From IMG/VR virus record IMGVR_UViG_2706795240_000001, positions 13,780 through 77,779 of that record: DNA of 64,000 bases. One strand, written 5' to 3'. The notes under the pieces were generated by a model. The model saw only the letters and a list, made by a program, of their open reading frames with translations. It had not been told where the DNA came from and did not search any database. This document shows positions 38,536 through 47,103 of this stretch, one piece after another (within the stretch, counting starts at the first letter, position 1; each line of letters starts with the position of its first letter). This stretch comes from a virus (lineage: Duplodnaviria > Caudoviricetes). The position numbers were made by a program, and so were the translations under genes.

Positions 38536-38599
38536 GCGATCCCCGATAATTGCTAGGCACTTGGGGCCTTAAAGGGGAATGACAATTATCGGGGATCGC
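38536..38599. other. 17-bp inverted repeat with 30-nt spacer
   Basis: GCGATCCCCGATAATTG (38536-38552) / CAATTATCGGGGATCGC (38583-38599). Confidence 0.7.
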
Positions 38600-38617
38600 G
38601 GTGATGATGATTAACGC

Positions 38618-39301
38618 CTAGAAGGGCATATCATCATCGCTTGCTGCCGGTGCTTCCGGTGCTGCCGGTGCCGCAGGAGCGGCGGGTGCTGCCGGTGCTG
38701 CATTTCCCGCAGGCGGTGCCGGGGGCGCAGGCGGTGCCGCATTTCCCGCAGGCGGTGCCGGTGGTGCGGCGGGTGCCGCCGGGGGCGTGGGTGCTGCTGC
38801 GCTTGCGCCCATTGCCGAAATTCCGCTGTCAGACTTAACAACGCTGGTCTGACCGGCGCGGATTTGCTCTGCCGTAGGAATCTCACGCTCACGTCGCTTG
38901 TCGTCAAACAGGTTCGGCTGAGCGTCAACCCACTGCTGAGCGATAGCAATTTCATCCTCGGTCAGCGGCTCAACAACAACGTACTGAGCGGTGTTATTCT
39001 TATTCGGCTTCATGCGAAGACGAATCGGAAGAGTTTCACCAACATGGTTGTTGAGGTTGTCCCAGACAATCTTGTTCATCCACATGACGTGAATGAAGAC
39101 CTCCTGGGTATTGAGGTCGAGAATATCCAGATAAAGAGCCGTGCCGTCACCATCCGGTGAAAACGCGGTCTTCATACCCTCGCGCTTGTCAACAACATTA
39201 ACAAGCAGTGCATGACTGGCGGCTGCAACGTCCGCCGCCTTAAGTCGGTCACCCTCGATCTGCGAAGTCGGCTCAAAAGAACCGAGCGTTCCCATTCCCA
39301 T
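38618..39301 (-). CDS. Putative single-stranded DNA-binding protein
   Basis: Beta-rich core, long Pro/Ala linker and acidic tip SDDDMPF resembling the bacterial SSB C-terminus; RBS AGGAG. Confidence 0.65.
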   Translation of the reverse strand: MGMGTLGSFEPTSQIEGDRLKAADVAAASHALLVNVVDKREGMKTAFSPDGDGTALYLDILDLNTQEVFIHVMWMNKIVWDNLNNHVGETLPIRLRMKPNKNNTAQYVVVEPLTEDEIAIAQQWVDAQPNLFDDKRREREIPTAEQIRAGQTSVVKSDSGISAMGASAAAPTPPAAPAAPPAPPAGNAAPPAPPAPPAGNAAPAAPAAPAAPAAPEAPAASDDDMPF

Positions 39302-39410
39302 TTTTTGTTCTCCTATTTTTTCGATACCGACCAACATTGTTATTGTCCGGTATTTATTTCTTGCCCTGTGACTCAGCGGTGTGGGACACCGCTCGTCGTT
39401 GGCGATCATG

Positions 39411-39440
39411 ACGCTACGTGGTCACACGTAGCGCTGTCAA
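39411..39440 (-). promoter_or_regulatory. SigA-like promoter
   Basis: TTGACA-18 nt-TAGCGT upstream of the SSB-like gene. Confidence 0.6.
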
Positions 39441-39549
39441 GTAGGACGTGTGCCGACATGTGCTGACGTGTCCCAAGCCGCTGGTGAGCCACCTAGATCA
39501 CCTGGTCACTCAGTGACGGGTAGGCCCTGAACGGGTCTCTACGTGGCGC

Positions 39550-39807
39550 TCAGAGGGCCGCGCGGGTCAGCTTCTCCCACTCCACGCAGACCGCGCCCGA
39601 CTTGTTGAGCGCCGCGTGGGCGCTGGCGTGCCCTTTTGGCAATCCACATTTATCGCCCCAATGATTCCTATTACCGCACACGTTTCTCGTGATGGGCATT
39701 GGTGAATCAATTAGCATGTCAACTACCGCGCGGACTGCTGTAGCAATTCGATAATCTTCGGACCCCTGTGTAACGAAGTATTTGGTACGATATGTCATTT
39801 CTGCCAT
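39550..39807 (-). CDS. Hypothetical protein with C...C..P.GH motif
   Basis: C-terminal CG...CGLPKGH...H; start uncertain. Confidence 0.55.
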   Translation of the reverse strand: MAEMTYRTKYFVTQGSEDYRIATAVRAVVDMLIDSPMPITRNVCGNRNHWGDKCGLPKGHASAHAALNKSGAVCVEWEKLTRAAL

Positions 39808-39820
39808 ATCATACGTCTTT

Positions 39821-40660
39821 TCACGTTCGCGGTCTGAGGGCTGTGATTGCATTAGACTTCACTCCTGTTATGCTTGGCTTTAATGCGGTAATAGTGCTGC
39901 TCGACCCACCCATCCTGGGCAGCCTAGCGGGGTCGGTAAATTCTGCGGTGATTCGTCGCATCCAGTACACAAACATTGGATACATGTACTTCGGGGTCGT
40001 ATTGTTAGCATAAAACTTCGGCTTGGAAAAGGTAACCCCATTCTTCATAACCCGTTCCGTGTGAATGCTCCACACGTATTTAAACAAGTAGTTTCCCGTG
40101 CGAATGTCATTCAGATAGAAATTCTTAAATACGGTAATGCCACTCTGGGTCATGTCTAGAATTGCTGGCTTTTCTTCCCAGGCAATCATATTATCTATCA
40201 GCGGAAGCATGGGGACATACCAGCGCGGCTGGCAGGGTGGCCCAGTTTTTCCATCCTGACTCCACTTTGTAAATGGGCACTCGTGACACCGAATCGTGGG
40301 CTTGCTAGCTATCGGACTGGTTAGTCTATCCCGAAATTCTTGGTACGGAAAATTGGCCTGAGGATGACCTACATTGCCGTCTAGGGATATGCACTGCTTT
40401 CCGCCTTTTGCAATTTTGCCTGCCATTGTTCCGCCTTCATCGCCACTGGGCCACATTTGCCTCTGACGAACCAGGCCAAGCGGAACTGCTTCAACTACCC
40501 CGCTCCCGTTTAGGAGTCCCTGGAATTTGGTATTATCGCCAAAAGAACTAAGCAATTTTCCATGCTTATGGTCGATGTAAATTCGCTCATATCCGTTGAT
40601 AGATTTAGCGCCCGGCTCAGCGTTATTTGGCTTGAAGTTGCCGTTGAAGTTAAGTCCCAT
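39821..40660 (-). CDS. Zn-binding phage protein, possibly ssDNA-binding/annealing
   Basis: CISLDG, CHECP and GPPC motifs; lies next to the SSB-like gene; function inferred weakly. Confidence 0.45.
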   Translation of the reverse strand: MGLNFNGNFKPNNAEPGAKSINGYERIYIDHKHGKLLSSFGDNTKFQGLLNGSGVVEAVPLGLVRQRQMWPSGDEGGTMAGKIAKGGKQCISLDGNVGHPQANFPYQEFRDRLTSPIASKPTIRCHECPFTKWSQDGKTGPPCQPRWYVPMLPLIDNMIAWEEKPAILDMTQSGITVFKNFYLNDIRTGNYLFKYVWSIHTERVMKNGVTFSKPKFYANNTTPKYMYPMFVYWMRRITAEFTDPARLPRMGGSSSTITALKPSITGVKSNAITALRPRT

Positions 40661-41105
40661 CTTGATCGTACCCGAACCTTCCAAATTTCTTGGTATTCCT
40701 CACCTTCCGCTTGTGCTGCCGATAAAGCTCGGGAAGGCCCTTGCGGAATGCTCCAATTTCAAATGAATAAAAACGACGCGGACGCTCTGCAACCTTGCAA
40801 AATCCGATCTGCTCCCATTTCTTAAGAACGTTCCACACAGAATCGGATGCAGTTGGCCGTCCGTCTATCTCGACGCAGCGACGGGTGATATATTCTGCGG
40901 TGCAAATTGTGTCGGCTTGATGATTTACGAACCAATCCTTCACGATATGCTCGATCATCGATTCAAGCTCTCCGCGTGCCCGTCGTCCAGATTCGGTAGG
41001 CGGAAATTCCATTACCGGCGGAACCGTAGTTCCGTTCCACGCTTCCGCAAGGGTGGGAATCCCCTTGTCCGTGAAGGTGAAAACGGGTTCACCAGGTCGA
41101 GTCAT
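40650..41105 (-). CDS. Hypothetical protein (possible winged helix)
   Basis: ORF in operon; VWNVLKKWEQIGF..V pattern. Confidence 0.55.
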   Translation of the reverse strand: MTRPGEPVFTFTDKGIPTLAEAWNGTTVPPVMEFPPTESGRRARGELESMIEHIVKDWFVNHQADTICTAEYITRRCVEIDGRPTASDSVWNVLKKWEQIGFCKVAERPRRFYSFEIGAFRKGLPELYRQHKRKVRNTKKFGRFGYDQDGT

Positions 41106-41213
41106 CGATCATCACTCCAAATAGTTTATTGCATCGCGTGCAGCTCATGGATGCCACGCCGCCGTCTACGTGTACCTTGTATTTGTGCTGATTAAGCCAG
41201 TATAGAATTCCGA

Positions 41214-41435
41214 TCATTTCTTTGACCGTTCAATTGCATTCATGTGTTCGACAACAAACTTTGCAATTAGCGTGAGCGCCTGGTCTTCGGTGAATCCGTT
41301 TCCGTACCTGAACAGGGTGTACATATCCATGAAGCCGACGGACGCCATTTCCGGATCATCGCTCTTGAACAGTTCTCGGATTTCCTCTGCGATCGCATCC
41401 TCATTAAGTGGCTCGTGCTCGGGCTTGTCAGTCAT
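41214..41435 (-). CDS. Hypothetical protein
   Basis: ATG 41435 after a GGAC RBS; Y......GF...QAL helix pair. Confidence 0.55.
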   Translation of the reverse strand: MTDKPEHEPLNEDAIAEEIRELFKSDDPEMASVGFMDMYTLFRYGNGFTEDQALTLIAKFVVEHMNAIERSKK

Positions 41436-41757
41436 TACGTCCAGCCTCTCGGTTGTATTCGTCCTCTTCGGTAACCGGCGGCTCAATGAAATAAGTCTCC
41501 CGGTCGATTGCGCGATACACCTGTCTTTCGAGCGGCATTGATAACGGAACGCGGCACCCATAACTCATGATGAATAGTCGACCATTATTCCAGTTCTTGT
41601 CTTTGTAAACGCGCCTGCGGAACGGGCCACAAAAGTGGTATGGGTCTAGATGAACAAGGGCAGACTTTCCTCGATAATGTAGCGTCTTGGGGTGAACCAT
41701 TTCTCTAGTCACCTCAATATCTACAATTCCAGACGCCTTGATTTGATGTTCCCTCAT
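41428..41757 (-). CDS. Hypothetical protein
   Basis: ORF in operon. Confidence 0.55.
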   Translation of the reverse strand: MREHQIKASGIVDIEVTREMVHPKTLHYRGKSALVHLDPYHFCGPFRRRVYKDKNWNNGRLFIMSYGCRVPLSMPLERQVYRAIDRETYFIEPPVTEEDEYNREAGRND

Positions 41758-42011
41758 AGTTTCTTCCCTAGAACTTCGTACTCGAAGTCTGGTCCGAATA
41801 CGGTGATTTCCTTGTTGACTTCGGCAACGTAAATCTTGTCGCCTGGATTCATTTTCAGTCGACCCGCCTCAATGTCTTCCGCCTTTTGACGATAGACCAT
41901 GATGCAGTATTCAATCGTTCCGGTGGCAAGCAGCAATACATTGCCGCGCAAATCCTCTGCGATCAGCTTGTGCGTATTGTTGCCGATTCGGTTGAGGTTA
42001 CTTCCGTTCAT
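41754..42011 (-). CDS. Hypothetical protein
   Basis: ORF in operon. Confidence 0.55.
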   Translation of the reverse strand: MNGSNLNRIGNNTHKLIAEDLRGNVLLLATGTIEYCIMVYRQKAEDIEAGRLKMNPGDKIYVAEVNKEITVFGPDFEYEVLGKKL

Positions 42012-42171
42012 TGATGTACTTATCGATCAGGTCTCGCATTTCAATGGCAGTTTCGATTGAATCGACCTTTGCGCTACAGTCGCAACCTTCAATGAACAGT
42101 TCGTCATTATAGATGTAAATGCCGTGAGGCCTGGAGCTATCGCTGTTCGCCCTGACTTCGGCGTCTTCCAT
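41998..42171 (-). CDS. Hypothetical protein
   Basis: ATG 42171 directly after the upstream stop. Confidence 0.5.
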   Translation of the reverse strand: MEDAEVRANSDSSRPHGIYIYNDELFIEGCDCSAKVDSIETAIEMRDLIDKYINERK

Positions 42172-42172
42172 A

Positions 42173-42445
42173 TTAATCAACCTCTTCCATGGTCCATGCC
42201 TGAACATGCGGATTAAATACTGACACCATTTCGGTGAAAGTGTCAATCAACTTGATGAGGTCGCCTACCTGGTAATCTTCCTGATTATCGTTGGCCAATC
42301 GGCGCAGCATATTCAGGGCCAGAATTCGCCTACCGGTCAGAATGTATCCGACGAAACTTTGAGCCTTGGATTCAGAAAATCCCATGTCCTCAGCGTCGAT
42401 TTCGATCTCGCGGACAACCTGTGACCACTTTTTCTTTTCAGTCAT
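42173..42445 (-). CDS. Hypothetical protein
   Basis: ATG 42445 after CACAGGAG. Confidence 0.65.
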   Translation of the reverse strand: MTEKKKWSQVVREIEIDAEDMGFSESKAQSFVGYILTGRRILALNMLRRLANDNQEDYQVGDLIKLIDTFTEMVSVFNPHVQAWTMEEVD

Positions 42446-42884
42446 TTTTCTCTCCTGTGAATTAGTACTTCTCGGACTCAAGGTGGGACTTGTACGCCAT
42501 TTCCCATATGTCAATGGGCCAAGCGTTAATAGCGTTTTGCTGAAAATCGCTCACCTTAACGGGGAGGACGCCACGATCTTTTCCAATCTTTACTGCACGC
42601 ATTCCGATGGACTTGGAAAGTGCTGTATTTCTCTGTCCGATTTTTTTGCTCACGAACTGCATTGCAGTCATGTATTCGACGCCAACGCGCGGCTCGGAGT
42701 CCGCAAGGTTTTCCTGCAATTTCCTCAGCTCGCCTTCCGCTTCCAGTCGGCTTAAGTTTGCCGCCTTTGCAGATTCTTCCAGCTTCCGATTTTCCGCACT
42801 CAGGCTCGCTATCTTAGCGTCTAGATCGCCAAGGAGCGCGCGAATTGCATCTACTCCGGTGTCAGTCATTTTTCTCTCCTGTGA
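42438..42884. repeat. 23-bp direct repeat pair
   Basis: TCAGTCATTTTTCTCTCCTGTGA at 42438-42460 and 42862-42884. Confidence 0.9.
42462..42869 (-). CDS. Coiled-coil protein with antirepressor-like C-terminal domain
   Basis: N-terminal coiled coil; IGMRA...G.....V.D....INAWP...W resembles antirepressor-associated C-termini. Confidence 0.55.
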   Translation of the reverse strand: MTDTGVDAIRALLGDLDAKIASLSAENRKLEESAKAANLSRLEAEGELRKLQENLADSEPRVGVEYMTAMQFVSKKIGQRNTALSKSIGMRAVKIGKDRGVLPVKVSDFQQNAINAWPIDIWEMAYKSHLESEKY

Positions 42885-43044
42885 TTGCTAGTTTTCCGTC
42901 GGGGCCGATTTCTAGCGCGAGCTTTACGTCTCCGTAGTCCACCTCGACCTTGCCTGTGATAAGCACCTCTAGCTCAACCTCTGCCCTGAGGTCGACTATC
43001 GGCTTTCGCGTGCCGTCTTCATCGAATGCGCTAATAGTTTTCAT
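42862..43044 (-). CDS. Hypothetical protein
   Basis: ORF coupled to the recombinase stop. Confidence 0.5.
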   Translation of the reverse strand: MKTISAFDEDGTRKPIVDLRAEVELEVLITGKVEVDYGDVKLALEIGPDGKLAITGEKND

Positions 43045-43841
43045 CAGAAATTCACCGCCTCGTGGAATGCAGCGTCGGAAATTCCGAGATACTGCTGAGT
43101 CTGTGCAACCGAGCTGTGGCCGAGAAGTCGCTGCACCTTCACTATATCTCCCGTTCCGTTGTAAACCTCAGTGGCGAACGTGGCGCGAAGGTCGTGTGAA
43201 GAAACATTCTTGCCGTTCTTGTGTACCACGCCCATCCTGCCAAAAAGATCGGTGACCTTTTTGCGGGCGCAGCGATCCTGCCGATTAACGTACTTCGACT
43301 TCGGATTCTCTGGTGCGTATGCGGTGAGAATTTGAGCCAACTCACGACTAACCGGAACGTGACGAGTCTTTCCGCCCTTTCCTCGAATCGTGATCAGATT
43401 GGTTGACTTATTCCAGTCCACCGGGCGAACGGAAAGCGTCTCCGCAATTCGGAATCCGGCAAGGCCACCGAGTGCGAGTGTAAGTTTTGTCTCACGCTCG
43501 GTGGCGAATGCGATCGCGGCGCGGATGATATTTACTCCACCGGGAACCGGGTGTGGCGTAGGCGCACCAACCGTAGGCAGCTTGTACTCATTGAGTGATT
43601 TACGCTCGGCATCCAGACCGAGGTAGTCGGACCAGGATTTCATTGCAGCCGTGCGAGACTTGAGTAGCGATGCCGAAGCGCCGTTATTTCGAGCCTCAAT
43701 GATCCAGTCAAGAAAATCGCTATGCTCGCTCGCCATAAACTGGCGAACAATATTCGAGTAAACCCGAACCGTATTTGCGGACTTCCCCAGTCGGAAAAGA
43801 CTGGACTCATACCCGTCAAGTGCCTGCTGATCAATGCTCAT
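43044..43841 (-). CDS. Tyrosine recombinase (short, Xer-like)
   Basis: Catalytic set present: GFRIAE (R), GKGGK (K), HDLR (HxxR), LGH (H), TQQY (Y); 265 aa with no arm-binding domain. Confidence 0.92.
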   Translation of the reverse strand: MSIDQQALDGYESSLFRLGKSANTVRVYSNIVRQFMASEHSDFLDWIIEARNNGASASLLKSRTAAMKSWSDYLGLDAERKSLNEYKLPTVGAPTPHPVPGGVNIIRAAIAFATERETKLTLALGGLAGFRIAETLSVRPVDWNKSTNLITIRGKGGKTRHVPVSRELAQILTAYAPENPKSKYVNRQDRCARKKVTDLFGRMGVVHKNGKNVSSHDLRATFATEVYNGTGDIVKVQRLLGHSSVAQTQQYLGISDAAFHEAVNF

Positions 43842-43915
43842 TTTAACCTCTCCCGTGGTTCTTACTGACTGATACCAGACTACCCCACTTCCCCTTTAAG
43901 TGCAACTAACTACGG

Positions 43916-44752
43916 TTACTTGCGCTCCCATCCCAGGTCAGGGGCATCGGACCGGCGCGGAAGGAGGGACCAGGCCAATCCGGACATACGCGTCAAATAC
44001 GATACAATGCTTTCTTTTTTGGTGCCCAGCTTCATTTCCTCTGGTGAAATTCCGCCGTTAAGTTCCACTTTAGAAAAGTCCAGCCCCTCCAATACGGCCT
44101 CAACAACTACTGAGCTATCCGCTGAAATGTGATCATTAACTCCAACATTGTCCAGCCAGGCTGTGCGAATATCCTCCAGAGTCGACGTTCCAAGTCTCGC
44201 AGTAAAGAACTGCTCGACAGCCCGATCGTCCATTCCGCGAAAATATGTAATCCAATCGCCGTTAATTTGCGAGCTTACTGGCAAAAATATTCCAGCTTCT
44301 GGAATGATCGGAAGCGCAAAGGGTGACGCAGCCTCTGCGAGTGCTCCGGATTCTGGACTTTTCATTAGCAGGGGCAGGATTACTGAATCAGACGGAAATG
44401 GAACATATGAGTTCGTAGAGCTTCTATATGGTCTAAACCATGCAACGTTATGATGCGTTGCGTCTTTACTCAATTGAGACTCGTGTTCCCATACGGGTGC
44501 CGTGTAATGGACAATTGGAGTTCCGTGATATTTGACCAAAACTGCCGGTGACCCTATGTGCGTTCTCTCCACCTCAAAGGTGACGTTCTTTTCGTTCATT
44601 TCTACTGCGAGCTTGCTGTTATCGTGATGCGCGGATACATGAATATCCAGGTCAACAAAGTCCCCGAACATAGAGTCTGGATAAAACTTATGTTCTCCAG
44701 TCGTGTAGTAGATTTCTTTCATTAGCCGCTCTGAGTTCTGAGTCAGCACCAT
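43916..44752 (-). CDS. Hypothetical protein
   Basis: 278-aa ORF. Confidence 0.65.
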   Translation of the reverse strand: MVLTQNSERLMKEIYYTTGEHKFYPDSMFGDFVDLDIHVSAHHDNSKLAVEMNEKNVTFEVERTHIGSPAVLVKYHGTPIVHYTAPVWEHESQLSKDATHHNVAWFRPYRSSTNSYVPFPSDSVILPLLMKSPESGALAEAASPFALPIIPEAGIFLPVSSQINGDWITYFRGMDDRAVEQFFTARLGTSTLEDIRTAWLDNVGVNDHISADSSVVVEAVLEGLDFSKVELNGGISPEEMKLGTKKESIVSYLTRMSGLAWSLLPRRSDAPDLGWERK

Positions 44753-44761
44753 GTCGCATTC

Positions 44762-45091
44762 CTAGTCTATAAGTCCGAACAATCTGAATACATCGCGAGC
44801 CTTTTGAATGCTCCCCGCCGGTGTATCGAGTGGTTCTGTGGCTGAAATTTTTCCCGGAGTCGCCAAATTCTCCGACGCTCCGACTTGAGGATCGTCACCA
44901 GAATCCGCCAAATTCTGGTCTTCCTCGACTTCAATATTCTCATACGCCGAAGGCGCAGGCTTTGGCAGATTAAATCTGTTAGCCTGCGCCTTCGGGGCTG
45001 CCGAATTTTTCTTCGGCCTATTCGCTGGTGGTGGGGATTTTTTTACTGGCTTGGCTGGTTCCGGTAATTCGCCACCAAATAGATCGATCAT
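44762..45091 (-). CDS. Hypothetical Pro-rich, likely disordered protein
   Basis: ORF coupled to the upstream gene; starts MIDLFGG. Confidence 0.55.
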   Translation of the reverse strand: MIDLFGGELPEPAKPVKKSPPPANRPKKNSAAPKAQANRFNLPKPAPSAYENIEVEEDQNLADSGDDPQVGASENLATPGKISATEPLDTPAGSIQKARDVFRLFGLID

Positions 45092-45795
45092 GCCTCTTGC
45101 TTAAGGCACAATTCGACCTGAGTCTCGGTAAGGTTCAGCGATCCTGCAATCTGCTTAACGCCGAATCCCGCCGCCGCCACGCCCTTAACCGCCGCTACCA
45201 TTCCAGCATCGATTACAGGCGTAGCCGAATTCTGGGTAGGGCCAACGGCTGGCGGGGTTGATGGAACCGCAGATTTCGCAGGCTTCTTTGCAGTTGTCCC
45301 AGACGTTGGCGCATTCTGCTTCGCTGCCACATGCAAAGCATCCCCAGACGCCTGACCCATAAAACCCGGCGTAGATGGAACCTCCGTTCCGGCTTTCATT
45401 GCCTTATATCTTTGCACTGCGAGCTTCACAACCTGATCCGAATTCTCAAAGAACGGAGTGCAGGCAATCATGATTGCAATTGCCAGACCTCGACCAGCGG
45501 AAGTCTTTGCCGTTTTATCTACCATATCTTCGAGGTATGAGCACCACGCGTTCAAATCGTCCGGAGAGGGCTTGTCCTTAGACGGACCGCTCCACTCAAT
45601 TGCCTCTGCCGTGTGCTTGTCGAGTTCGTGCCACATTTGCTGAATAATGGTCGGTGCCATTGGGTTTCTCCTGGTGTCGTGAAATAGGTCTAGATGCACG
45701 AGCATCTGTTTGTATTGCTCTCCCGGCGGATCACTGTAGTCTGCCGACCAATCGCAGGCCAGACAGTCTAGTTCAACCGGAACTTTATCCATCAT
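45088..45795 (-). CDS. Hypothetical protein with N-terminal CxxC...H...H and C-terminal HTH-like tail
   Basis: CLACDW...HLDLFH; GFGVKQIAGSLNLTETQVE. Confidence 0.65.
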   Translation of the reverse strand: MMDKVPVELDCLACDWSADYSDPPGEQYKQMLVHLDLFHDTRRNPMAPTIIQQMWHELDKHTAEAIEWSGPSKDKPSPDDLNAWCSYLEDMVDKTAKTSAGRGLAIAIMIACTPFFENSDQVVKLAVQRYKAMKAGTEVPSTPGFMGQASGDALHVAAKQNAPTSGTTAKKPAKSAVPSTPPAVGPTQNSATPVIDAGMVAAVKGVAAAGFGVKQIAGSLNLTETQVELCLKQEA

Positions 45796-45884
45796 GACTC
45801 ACCTCTTTTTTACTGCCCCGTAGGACATAATAAACAGGCAGACTATATATGCTCCGATTCCGCCGATAATCGATGCCGCGATCA

Positions 45885-46136
45885 TTAATCACCATCCTTC
45901 GGTACACAATATCCACGACGCTGAATGCTTCGCATCAGGGCTTCGGATGGACTATTAGAGTCAAGCCACTCCTGAATGATTGGCTCCTGCTCCGCTTTTG
46001 TCAGGTGACCAATCTCCAAGTTGTTGATAAGCTGCCCGAGACTATACGGAACCGGCTTGCCTTCCCCCTGGTAGAAAATCGAATCATCATAGAGTCGTTC
46101 GTTTTCCATTAGTTTTCCTCCACTACTTCCAGGCAA
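45885..46136 (-). CDS. Hypothetical protein
   Basis: ORF in operon. Confidence 0.55.
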   Translation of the reverse strand: MPGSSGGKLMENERLYDDSIFYQGEGKPVPYSLGQLINNLEIGHLTKAEQEPIIQEWLDSNSPSEALMRSIQRRGYCVPKDGD

Positions 46137-46333
46137 TCTGGATCGATCTGAATTCCATACTCGATGATCGGGTCTTTTCGTGCCGCGTCATATGCCTCTT
46201 TTACCGAGTCATACGGGATAGACTTCTCGTCTGGCTCCACGCGTTCCTCGTTCGATGCAAACCCCATGACTGCGGCGAATTTACCGGCCTCAGTAGGGTG
46301 CTTGCAGATTCGGTAGTAATTGTCTGCGCTCAT
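46109..46333 (-). CDS. Conserved phage hypothetical protein
   Basis: MSADNYY...EA...A......EYG pattern. Confidence 0.6.
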   Translation of the reverse strand: MSADNYYRICKHPTEAGKFAAVMGFASNEERVEPDEKSIPYDSVKEAYDAARKDPIIEYGIQIDPDCLEVVEEN

Positions 46334-46572
46334 GAATGTAGCCCCTTGTCTATCTTTGCCTTCGTATCATACGGCTTGTCTACAGCAAGACTAGGAATTT
46401 CCAGCTTTGCCAGACCCTCCCTTGCCGCCTTGCGAACCGACTTTTCTAGCGTCACCTCTGGGACCAGTTGGTGCTTAACGATATGGTCGCCGTATCGGTC
46501 CATCCATTCCGACCTGTCGACCTCCACGGTGACGCACACCATGACTCGCATGATGCCGTCCTTATTAGCCAT
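46330..46572 (-). CDS. Hypothetical protein
   Basis: ORF in operon. Confidence 0.55.
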   Translation of the reverse strand: MANKDGIMRVMVCVTVEVDRSEWMDRYGDHIVKHQLVPEVTLEKSVRKAAREGLAKLEIPSLAVDKPYDTKAKIDKGLHS

Positions 46573-47098
46573 TCGCGGACTCCATTTGCCTGTAGTAGTT
46601 GTAGCAAATTAGAGCGTGTGCCCTGACTTGTTCTGCGTCTAACATAAACCTGTTTGCAATGCGCTCGGCAAGGTTGCAATCATTCGATGCGGTAGAGGCT
46701 ATCAACTGATCGGTCATAAATGACATAATTGCAAGCGATTCTTCTGTTCCGGTGTCGGCGAAGTATTCTGGATTAGCGCTTACTGCTCGACAGAAGCACC
46801 TAAATACGGTGAGCGTAAAGAAATTGGACAGCGTATCAGCAATTCCATTTACGCCGGATGAGTTAATTTCCATGACCTCATCGACGGTCCATTTAAGCTC
46901 AATATCGGCGTCATCTTTGACCATATGAATGACTGTCTGAATATCTGGAACTACTTCTGTACGCTTCGCTTCCTCGATTTGCGCCTCGAAGTAATCGATC
47001 ACGTCTTCAGTGTCAATTATTCCTTCATGCCACTCTAACGTCAAGTCCTCGTTATTGTGTAGCCATTCCAGCGCTTCTTCGAGTTGCCTGCTATTCAT
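46565..47098 (-). CDS. Hypothetical acidic protein
   Basis: ORF in operon. Confidence 0.6.
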   Translation of the reverse strand: MNSRQLEEALEWLHNNEDLTLEWHEGIIDTEDVIDYFEAQIEEAKRTEVVPDIQTVIHMVKDDADIELKWTVDEVMEINSSGVNGIADTLSNFFTLTVFRCFCRAVSANPEYFADTGTEESLAIMSFMTDQLIASTASNDCNLAERIANRFMLDAEQVRAHALICYNYYRQMESANG

Positions 47099-47103
47099 GC
47101 GAC

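Noticed and set aside
43842-43915. attP next to the tyrosine recombinase
   Set aside because: The gap is only about 70 bp, with no tRNA-like core or arm repeats recognisable
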